Positions 21,201 through 33,200 of a stretch of DNA of 50,919 nt are shown one piece after another. The notes beneath the pieces were generated by a model, which saw only the letters and a program-made list of their open reading frames with translations, had not been told where the DNA came from and made no database searches. The position numbers and the translations under genes were made by a program. Positions within the stretch are counted from its first letter, which is position 1; each line of letters begins with the position of its first letter. The stretch covers positions 1 through 50,919 of the IMG/VR virus record IMGVR_UViG_3300025168_000011; one strand, given 5' to 3'. This stretch comes from a virus. Taxonomy: Duplodnaviria > Caudoviricetes.

Positions 21201-24200
21201 AAAACTGCAAAACTTAAAAACAACAAACAAGTTGTTATAAAAGAAGAAGGACAAGAGTTTAGAGAAGCTGTCGAAAGAGCAGGATATGATGGAATTATAG
21301 ATCGTCGTGTTGATACACGCTTTGCGGATGAAAATTACTTTCCACCAAAAGGAACTATTCACTATGTTGCATTTTATCCACAACAAATTAAGTCAGCAAA
21401 ACCTGTAACAAGAGACGATCAAGGCAAAGTTATACCTTTATCTCAAAGATTTGGAGAATCATCTGACATAAGATTTGCCCTCGATCCTGACCAGGATGCC
21501 AGAGACGTAGCTGATGAAGAAGCTACACAACGACAGTTAGCTGAAGAACAAAGAAGAGAGGTAGAGGCAGAGGCTGGAATTAGAAGACCGATCAGGCTTG
21601 GAGAGTTTGGTAACGTCAGACAAAGGATTGGTGAATACGGAACGCAGGAGCCTGGACCTGGCAGCTTTGCCCTGGACCCGGAAGATAGCGAGTTCTACTC
21701 ACCATTATACAAAGTCTTCCAGGACAAGTTCCCTGGTAAAGCATCAGAGGACCAAGCACGAGCTTTTTTCAAGCCAGGTAAAACACCAGGAGTGACGAAG
21801 GCAGAAGCTGATTACATGGGGATCAATGATTACCTAGACGACTACTTCGGCAATGGTAACAAGACCATAACGAAAGCAGAGCTTGATGAGTTTATAGAAA
21901 GCAGGCAATTCAAAATTGAAGTCAAAGAACACTTAAACCAATTTTCTGATTGGACGCAAAAGGGTGGCACTAACTACCGGGTACTTTTATTTAAGAGGAA
22001 AAAGAAAAAAGGAGAAGAGGCTATATTTAAAGGAAGTCATTTTGATGACGATACTCTTTTTCATGTCAGACTTAAAGATCGTGAAGGCCCAAATGGAGAA
22101 AGAATTTTATTTATTGAAGAGGTTCAAAGTGACTGGGCTGCTAAATATAACAGCGATGATAATTATAGACCAGATGGTAATGGTCTTCAGGAGGCACAAC
22201 AGAGGGTAGCTAACTTTTTTAATGACATCGTAGATTACTTCAATAGTGACAATAAAAAGAACACTAAGAAACATATTGGTGAGATAAAAAAATATATAAA
22301 TACTCTCAACAGTTTTAGAGATAAAATTATTACACTCAGACAAGAAACATCACAAAAAATCAGAGATAACAAGGATAAGATTATTGAGGAATATGCAAAG
22401 AACTTTAACGAATTTCCGGCAGCTTATCAATTCGAGGCAACTCCTGATGCTTTCCCTGATAAGGTAATAAGTAAACTCGATGAATATTTTGATGAGGTTA
22501 ATGAACTGTATAATAACGCCACTGCTTTTGTTGATTTAACGCAGTCTTATTTGCAGAACAATCTTGATACAAAGGATGATAGTACAGATTCTGTATCAGC
22601 TTTAGCTTATCAGATAACTGGTGCTAACTATTTACCTAAATTTAATCAACAGTTAGGGTCTGCTGAAATTTCATTCACCAATAGCTTCAACTTATTGGGT
22701 GATGCGAACTCGCTGGAAGATGTAAAGTTTGTAGAAGATTTAAGCGAAAAACTATTTGAGGAATTTACTGTACCTGATCTGCCACAATTCATGGATGTAG
22801 AAGCAGCGGTAAATTGGCGCACTGGTTTACCTGATCTAGGCATAGCCAATGATTTTCTTGGTTATCAAAACGCTGTAAATAATTTAGAACTTGCAGAAGC
22901 TGAGGCACGAACTAATACAAAAGACATTGTCCCATATATGCCATGGGTAAAGACTTATATTGAGCCTGCGCTGAAGCACGTTATAAGACTTGGAATTAAA
23001 AATAATTATGATCAGATTGCCTGGGCGCAAGGATTCCAGCAGATACAGTTATACGAAAATACGTTCAGACAAAACGTCAAATCAATTTTTTGGGAGCTTA
23101 ATGTAGAGAATACTAATTGGGATCAAGGAACAGCCTTTGCACCTGAAGGTTTTCCAAGACCACAAGACATACGTAATTTTGATGTTCTGATACAGTTCGA
23201 GCCTAAGAAAGACCCCGACAACTTGGAAGAGTATGGATTAGTTCCATTGCGTGGTAAAGGGGGTGATAAAGATACAACTCTTGATGAAGTGATTGGTAAG
23301 CAGATGGCTAACCAAATTAGATCACAGGTTGACCAGGGCATAGAAGATCAACTCAATCCAGAAGAATTTAATGGAACACTTGAAGAGGATGACATGAGCA
23401 TTGGCGGTCATTTTCATAAAATGGTCTATGACTCAATGATTCCTACATTTCTCAAGAAATACCTAAAAAGGTTCAATGCGACTGTTGAGCGTAAGCCTAC
23501 CATCATGGGAACCCTAGCGGTCATGGAGCCGGATATGGCCTCTAAAACACAAGCTGAGTTAGATAAATATCTAAAGAACAAAACCAAAATTCATGACAAG
23601 CTCAATGAAAGTATATATGAGGTAACCAAAAAGGCTGGCATACTTGAAAATAAGATAAGAGAGGGAAAACAATACCCGGTCCAGGAATTTTTCAACATTG
23701 GAAATTTGATGGCAGACATCGTGGATATGTATAGGAAAAACATTCCTAGTTATGTGAGACACTACCTCGGTGCAGACAAATCTGATCGGTGGAACTTGAG
23801 GGATATGTACGCTAATCTCGATGATGCATTCACAAATGTTGTCGCTGAAGATACATCTGTTTCTATTCAGGACTACATTCTTAATGTTAATTATCCTTTA
23901 AGTGAGTTTTTTAACATTTCTCCAAACAAAAAAACAGATCACATAAATGAATTATTGGAATTCAAAAAGCCAGGTGATCAAGTTGCAGGCGAAAGCCGAG
24001 ATACTTTTTTTGGAAAGTTTGATCAATTATACACAAAGCAAGATGAACCAAGGGATTTTTCATTTTATGCTTTACCATATGACATTCAGATGGAATCTCA
24101 AGATAGGCAATCTCAAGATAGATATGGTGGTTCAGATGGCAGAAAAAAAGTTAAGGAATTGATTGCTGAAAAGGGGCCTGAAATTCTTCGTGATATTATA

Positions 24201-27200
24201 GATCATGTTGAAAGAATAAACTTTGGAAAACAGGGTCTAACAGATGCAACTAGTGCAGTGAGCCAAGTTGTTACTAAATTACTGGAAGAACAAAAGGATG
24301 GAGTAGTGTATCCACAAGCACCTACCATAACGCTTTCCCCTCAATTAAGGGAAGATGCATCATTGCAAGGTCCAGCTCCGATGTTTGCCCTGGATCCCGC
24401 TGAACAAAGACAACAGCTACAAAGTTTAGCTGGTCAACTCAACAGGGGTGAAATTTCAGCTTCTCAGTTTAGGAAAAAGCGTGATAACATCATGCCTATA
24501 GTTGCTGTAGGCGCACCGGATAAATTACCAAAAGCAGGAGAGCTAGAGGACGCATTACTTAATACTGAAACACCAGCTGGTAAAACACTTTGGGAAACAG
24601 CTGGAAAGCCAGAACGATTACAGGACTTAATTAATAGTGAAGAGAATTTAAGTGAAGGAGATTTAGTCCAGGGGCGTTTAGATATTAGTTTAGCTAAAGC
24701 AGCTAGAGCTAATAATATTCCTCTCACGATTGCCACCATTCATAAAGGATCACGTAATGCAATCAATCCAAAGGTAACGTCATATCAGCCATATCTGTAC
24801 GTTACTGACCCAACATTCATAACACAAAGTTCCAAAGTATCGTCAATCGATATAGCTAAAGGAGCTAAGAAGGATGTGGCATTCGGAATGGTAGGCAAAT
24901 ATGCCAAACTCGATAGGTTACCAAGCAACTTGAATACCTGGACAGAGGTTGCCTTCAATCCTATGCAGAGTAGCGAGTTTCTGGATGTTACCACTAAGCG
25001 ACCTGTTGTTGGTGGTAAATCAGGCTTACAGGTAGGCAATAGAATATACGTGGAGGATGCTCAGATTATGTCTGAGAAAGACTTCATGGCTATGTCCTAT
25101 GATGACAATAATCAATTTACTGGCAAGTTTGCTCTTGATCCTGAGCAGGATGAAGCAACACCATTTTACTCTAATGTTATTAAGGCAATTGTAGATAAGT
25201 TTCCTAAGAAGGCATCATTGGACCAGGCGTTAGCATTTTTCAAACCTGGCAAAACACCAGGCGTTAAAAGAGCAGAGGTCGAATACATGGATCTGCCTGC
25301 ACAAATTCAGAAACTTGCTGATGAGGGTAAGCCAATAACCAAAGAGGCTTTAGTAGATATAGCTGAAAAGAACCAATTTAAGATCGAGCTGGTAGAAAAA
25401 AAGAGCGGACAGCGATGGGGTAATTACACTCAAGACGGAGGTAAGAACTACAAGGTATTACTTTTCAAAAGAGTACCGAATAGCAAGGGAGATAACAACT
25501 ACTATAAGCATGACTTTGTAGGCGGTCACTTTGATCCAGACACGGCATTCCATGTCCGCATAAAAGATCGTAAAGGACCAAATGGTGAGAAGATTCTTTT
25601 TATTGAAGAAATACAAAGTGATTGGTCAGGAGCTTACAAGTCTGAAGAAGACATTGATAATTCTTATGAGATTGGGCAACTGGAACAAGAAATTGAGAAC
25701 GATCTGAAATTTTTTCAGAGTATATTTTTAGATAATAAAGACTCAATTGTAGAGCAGTTCACAACATTTAAGAAGCAGCTTAAGAGAATAGAAAAACAAT
25801 TTAAGGTTGAGCGAAACAACCTCATGAACCAGCTGAAAAAAGCTGCTCCACAAATTGAAGCTGATTACGAAGCCTACGTCAAAAATTTTAAGGATCTTGG
25901 TATGCCCCTAAGTTTTCTTAATGATACTGGGGCTTATAGCGAACCTGTTCCATACAGAGCATTAGTAGAAAATAATGTACGTAGCGTATTTAATGTTTCC
26001 TTAGATATATTAGAGAGATTTGGGAATACGACAGTAGATGGGGTTTTAGCTCTGATTGACGGGATCAAGCCAGGCGAGATAACTGAAGAGATGAAGAGTG
26101 ACATACGCTCACTGATGAGGGTAGCAGATGTTCATCGTGAAAAAGGCCCATTAAGGAGTCAGTTTTTTGGATTAGCCGATGAGTTTACGTTTGGCAATAC
26201 AGACTTCGGACTCAAAGAAACACGACAACCTCCTCCAGGCAAAACAGGAACCAAGGCATGGAGAAGCAATAAGACTACAGAAGAAATATTTAACTATTTG
26301 TCCACATCGGCTTGGCTAGATAAAATCTACCAGAAGGCACAGATGACACGGACAACTCTTAAGGAAAGAGACGTTTATATCACTCGTAATAACCAGCCAG
26401 CCTTTTTAGATAAAGACGGTGATGATGGTACATATGGAGGCTTATCATCATACAGTTATGAACAAATCTATGAATTCAAACAGAAAGAACAAAAGATTGA
26501 TTTATTAAGGGCAGAAGAACAAGGGTCTAGAGACAAACAGGTTGGGCATATGCCATATGTTGATGCCTATCATCAGCCTGCATTAAGGCACTTAGTTCGT
26601 TATGCAGTTTTAAATAATTATGACCAGATTGCCTGGACCACAGGTGATCAGCAGATAGATCTTTATGAGGAACAGTTTAGACAACACGTTAAATTTTTTA
26701 CGTGGGAAAAAACTACTGACAAAAAATATGGAGCATCAGCTGATGTCATCAAGCTACAAGCAACAAACCATGAAAATGAAACGATTGATATTGGTGATAT
26801 TCCTCTTCTTGGTAAGGCTAAACATCATCAGCGATCTGACTTTAGAAATTCAGGATTAGAAAAGTTTGTAGGTAAAAAATTAGCAAATCAAATTAGAGAA
26901 GAGTACAAGCAGCAAGAACAGCAGAAAAAACTAAATGTAAAGGGAACGATACAAGATGATGATTTAAGCATTGGCGGTCACTTCCATAAGCTTCTCTATG
27001 ACACCATGATACCTTCATATTTGAAGAAGTATCTGGAAAAGTTCGGAGCTAAACTTGAATATAAACAAACAGAATTTAAACCACCTCTATTACCTCCAAA
27101 AGGAATAGCACAAGAAATTGCCGAACAACTTGAACAATATAATCCGATAAGATACGAGGAAGATTTAGATCGTAATGTTGACAAGGTTTATTCTGTTATA

Positions 27201-30200
27201 ACTGACTTCCAGGATCGTGCTTTGCTCCACAGTTTGGGTGAGAAACTCATGTCAGATGACGAGTTTAACACTAACATGGACAATTTGATTGCAGCCTTGA
27301 GCAATGTAATGGGGTACTTGAGGCGAAATACTCCTGAGTTTCTCACATTTATGCATGGGTTCGGTCTGCGTTCTCCTGATAATACATCAGCTCGAAGACT
27401 GAGAATGAAATATCACGGTGAAACAAGTTTATATAGGGCTGGGGGTTGGACTTCACCAATATATAAAGACCACATTCAAGGTACGTCGATAGTTGCTCAA
27501 TCAGATCACAGAAAGTTTTTAGCCAGGTTTGATTTGGCAGATCTTGGCAAATTTTTATTTTATGCTAAAACATGGTTAGGTGATGATTTTTTAGAAAGCA
27601 GGGGTACTAATGGGAGGTATTACAGGGTTCGTGAGTCATTGAAAATTTTATACCTAGAGGATGGCTATAAAAAGGCGGGCAATTATACATTCGGCCAAGA
27701 GTTTCTTAGAGATGCAGACAAAGTTCCTGAAAGAAAAAAACAATATGATGATTTAAAAACAGCTGTATTAGATCCTAGATCAAAATTTTTTGACAACGCC
27801 CTTCAGAGTATTGATGACTTTGAATTTACAGAATATAAAATTGATCACTCTCGTCTTATCCAGGGAATAAAAGACAAACAGCCACTTTTTTCTGACTTAC
27901 CACAATTGCCTTTATCTCCAACTGTTGTGATTACCCCAGAGATGAGGCAATCATTGAAGAACCAACCTCCAGCGTATGCTTTAGACCCCATAGAAGGCAA
28001 GAAGCTCGCAGCAGTCAAAGGTTTGGACAACTTTACCCAGGCAATGGACCGTGCGCCAGAAGAGGCAATATTGGGAGCTTATCAGCACATTCCTGCAACG
28101 GAAGAGAATGAGCAAATGCTGGACAGTTTAGGTGACCGAGTTGAGCAAATTCTACAGCCTAAAACAGAAGAGAATTCTTACGCCAGGCAAGCCCAGTCAA
28201 ATGCTGCCACATTCATTGGTGGTATGATCAAAGAAGGTCAGCCTAAAGAGCTGGTTAATGATCTAATTGATGAGAGAAGACGCTTAGAAAATTACCAGGG
28301 ACATGAGGATTTACGTTCTGTCATCGAGGACATATCCTATGAAGATGCTGTTCTTAACAAGCCTACCGAATCTGACAGAACCAACCGACAGAACAATTTT
28401 ATTAAGCTCTACAATAAGTATAAGAGCAAGCCACAATCATCTTACTACAAGGCAGCAACAAAAGCCCTGAAGAAAGACTTTGGAAGTGAGTGGAAGGATA
28501 TAGCAGAAGGTAATGACATTCGTGTTATCCCCTCCTCTTTTGCCCTCGATCCTGACCAGGAGTTAATCGGTCCAGACAAACTTAGAAAAGTATCTAATCG
28601 TTATAAGGTCAAAAAAGGGAAGACACTGCCAACAGCTATTGTAGTTACACCTACACTGACTCCTCAAGAAGCCATCGATGCCAGTGGTGATATAGATTTT
28701 AATGGTCGTTACCGTGAGCAGGAAGCTTATGAGATAAACGCAGGTGAAGTTGCTCGGTTCCCTATCATGGGTAGAAATGGCAGAAAACTTGCAGGCCAGC
28801 TCAAGAGAACGAAAGATCCTGATAAGAGAGTATTTATTGCTGATGAGATTTACGAAACGCTCATCAAGAAGATGCAGAATAACTTGCGCTATCTGTATAA
28901 CAAGATGGACAAGACTCTGCGTAAGAGGGCTAAGTTATGGTATGAGGGGGCAAACCGGATTGCCAGGGAGTTTTCTAACACCTATGGATTAACCCTGGAA
29001 AAGGCTGCTGCTATTATTGCAACCTTGTCACCACAGAAAGACTGGTTCCAGAATGTTTCCTTGGCCGGGCGTGTAATCGACGTAATGACTAACCAACAGG
29101 ACACGAAAGTGACCCAGGAAATGGTGGATATATTGGTAGACATAGCAGGCAGAAAAACCAAGAGAGACGGTGAGTCTAAAGCTGCTCATGCAGCTCGCCT
29201 AGTGAAAGAGAAGAGGGAGATGAGGAAAAAACTCAAAGATCTGAATTATCTTGGCAAAAAACTCAAAGACTTAAAGAATGAACACGCTTCTTGGTTCGTT
29301 AGAGCCTATGATGAAGTAAATAACTCCAGGTCATTTCCTATTATCAGTCCTGAAGGAGATAGAGTTGGCATAAAAACCAAGAGAGACGGTACTCCATCTA
29401 AAGTGGGATGGGGATCCTATGGTGAAATATCTAGTGCTGTTGGAGCATTTAGGTCAACAACTCAATCAGAGTTTAGTTCAATGCTTGGAGATAAGCATAA
29501 GGTCAGAAACTTCTATGTTAACATCGTTGATCCAACCAATCCAAAAGCGATTACTATAGACACACACGCAGTTGCAGCAGCACTATTTTTACCACTTGCT
29601 GGAGCTTCCGAAGAAGTATCACAGAACTTCGGAACCAGGAAGGGAATATCCTCAGCTGGTAAAGTATTGCATGGGCATAAAGGCACATATGCAGCCTTCC
29701 ACGAAGCCTATTTGAGAACAGCTAATGAGCTTGGAATATTACCTAGAGAATTACAGTCAATTACCTGGGAACAGGTACGAACATTTTTTACTGACACAAG
29801 AAAAGGAGTCAAAGGATTCCTAGACAAAGTTAGAGGAATATGGCAAAATAATGATGGAAATGAACGTTCAAGACAACAAGTTGAAAAAGCCACGAGGGAA
29901 CTCAGTGTCACTGGAACAGGTCAAACGTATGGCCTCCCAGACTGGGCCATATCAGAGCGTAGCGAAGATGGTGTTGGAACACGCAATATCAGCGGGGTAC
30001 AAAAGGATCAGTCAACAAAAGTGGATCGACGTAGTGTGGCCGGACGCACCGGAACTGGACGCAGAAAACGTGGACAATCTACTACCAGAGGAACTCAGGT
30101 AAACAAGTTTGCCCTGGAAGAAGAATTCCAGGCGAAAGACAAACAGAGGGAAGAGGCAGCTCAAAAGATTTTAGATGCTCCAAAAAGAGAAAAGGAGTTA

Positions 30201-33200
30201 GAGAAAGAGCAAAAGAGGATTGATCGCCAGGATCGTCGTGCAGCTCGTGGGTATTTTGTTCAAGGTAAGTTTGACTACATGGATTCACGTAGTGCGACTT
30301 ACGATGGTAGTGGTCGTGCAGGAGAAGAAGCTAGAGAAGCTGGATACCATTTAGACCGCAGAAGAACAGCCGTTGAGGAATACTCTAAAGAAGTCACTAA
30401 AGAGATTAAAGGCAAGATGGGTAGTTCTATCTTTGGCTTCTTAACTAAGGGTATTAAGATGCGTAAGTTTGCAGCTGATCTGCATACCTATGCTGCCAGG
30501 ATTAACGCTGTAGGCGTTGACCAAAATGGTGAGTATGTATTCCAGGGCTTTGATGCCAGGATGGGATACATCGACCAGGAGAAGGCCAAGAAGATGGGTC
30601 TAACTGAAGGATCTTACATTTCGAGAGACGGAGCTACATTACGAGTTGGCCCACTCAATGAAGAAATTAACGGTCACATCTTACTGCAAAGAATTACACC
30701 TAGTGAACAGAAGAGATTCTTTAACGAGTTTTTTGATAAGTATCCAGGTCTAGCAATCTTCCTGGAGAGATGGATTAACCCAGATCTTAAGAATGATCGA
30801 TACATTGCCAGCAATGGCGAGCCAACACCAATATTTAACCGTCATGCATTAAAAGAAGTCTTTGCTGAGAATGAGTTTGGTGACCCAGGTTTTGTTGAGG
30901 GATACACACCTGACATTGCCAAGCTGACTATGATTGGTGGTATGTATTACAAGATGAAGTCACTTGCCTTGAGACAAGGTAAAAAGTTTGGCAGCATCGG
31001 ACCATTTAAGAGTGGAGCCAGGAAGGTCAAAACTGGTGCAGCCAGGGAACAAGGTGCTGTCATGAACATCTTCCAGGGCTTTAACCAAAGAGCATATGAA
31101 GCCCACCAGGAGAAAGTTACCAGGGAACACGCATTCAAGATCCTCTCGGCAGCTTCTAAGCCTGTACCCGCTAACGGCCAGAAGCCTAGCGACCATGTCT
31201 ATATTGGTAAGAAAGAGATTAACGATTTAATTAGAGGAGTTGTTGCCAACCTGTCACAAGACTCTAGAGGAGGTAAGGAGTTTAATGAGTTATTCCGGGA
31301 AGTCCTAAAAAACCCAGAAAATGAACAGAATCTCAAGACTATTTTATTGAACCAGGACAGTGATGACTTTTCTCCCCAGGAGCGAAAGATTATTAACTTC
31401 TTATTCGGTGAGGAGAATGCAATCCAGTTCATCGGCCAGGACCGCATGATGGATAATTTCAATTACAAGATGCTGACTCAAGGGATGGCATCGGGTTACC
31501 AGCCTGGTCCAGTCATGGATGGATTCCTCAAGGCAGTTGATGCTGTTATGGGTGAGTTGGTTACAGGATTACTGAGTGGCCTCGGTACTATCTGGTTCAA
31601 CTGGTTAGCTCCCCAGGTGCAACAAGGTCACTTAGCTCTTCAACATACTGCTAGAGGTTTAGCAAATGCTGCAAGCACTGACAAAGAGAACCAGGAAGCA
31701 GCCAATGAGCATTTCAGGACAGCATATCACATTACTAAAGGTTTAATGCTTCGTCGCTTTACTAACTGGAGTGGTATTGATTGGTTCCTCAAGGCTGATG
31801 AAAAGACTGGCCTCAAGAACATTACCCAGGAAGATTATGATAAAGGATTTAAGCAGCTTTGGAGTGAAGGACAAAAAGGTAAAGCAATAAAAGTTCTATC
31901 TGACCGAAAGCGTTATTATAACCAATTCTTTGATAGGGATAGATTTAACAGAAACACCCTGGCCTCAGCATTTATTGATACGAGTATTAATGACTCCTTC
32001 ATGAGGGATCTACTCAATTTAAGAGTAGGATCTGCAATATTGAAAGCTGTCCGCTTCCAGGAGATTGATGTAACGGCCAAGCAGAATATGGCCTATGCTG
32101 CCTACCGTGCAGCTGCCCAAAGAAGATCCAAGATCGAGGCTAATAAAGCCAGGGATCGAGGCGAAACATTTGATCGTCGTAAGTGGGAGAATGAATGGAT
32201 TAAGACAGCAGATAAGACAGACCCAGATATTCATAAAGAAGCCATGGGTGCAGCTCTGTTGTTTGGATTTGATTACTCCAACGTGCCAACCTGGTTAGCT
32301 AGCCAGGATAGAAGATCCAAGACTTTCCAAAGATCATTCCTGACCTTCGGTAACTTCATGTATAACTACGCTAAGTTACTTGTTAAGAAAAGTGGTCCGG
32401 TTACAGCTTTTAAAGCAGCCAAGAACTATGCGAAGTATCTCAAGACAGGTAAAGTGGCTAGAGATGGTATAGGAGGCTCTGAGGTGCGTAATGGTGTTGC
32501 TGACACAGCTCTATGGGCCATGGCAGCTCTTATCTGGCGAGAACTTTCAGGAGGTGACGAAGAAGAGAGTGAAATAAGCCCAGGAACCGTAGGCACAAAC
32601 CTTACCATAGAAGGTGAGATGCAGCCTAACTGGTGGACCCAAACAGGCGGTAAGTTCAACCTAGATGAATTACCAGATTGGATAGGCAATTCGATACGCT
32701 CATATCTACACGCATATGGAGCTGATGAAGGTGAAGGCATGGAGTTATGGATGAGGGGTAGATCAATCCCCTATGTTAACGCCCTGGCAGCTCAAGGCTT
32801 GTTTATGAACCAGTTATTTGGTGATAAGAAAGCCGACAAATGGGCAGTAGTCCAGGAGTCCTGGGAAATGGCAAATGAGTTCATACCATTTAGTCCGGTT
32901 ACTCAAGTTATTGTCCCAACGCAGTACAACAAGAGTCAGAACTTAGCACAAAGAGCTACCAACCTGATTTATGATTCAGTATCCGCAAGGGTAGTCCCCT
33001 CCCCCTGGAGAAAACTCTGGACCAGGATGGCAGACCCTGTTTACAGAAGAAGATATGAAAGCAGCAGCATTCAATACAGCCCGGAGGATCCAACCAAGAA
33101 GGGCTACAACGTCGGCACACTACAACAAATCTATAATGAAGTATTGAGAACAACTCCTTACCTATCCAGGGGATTACCTGCAAATGGTAAAGTGAAGCAA

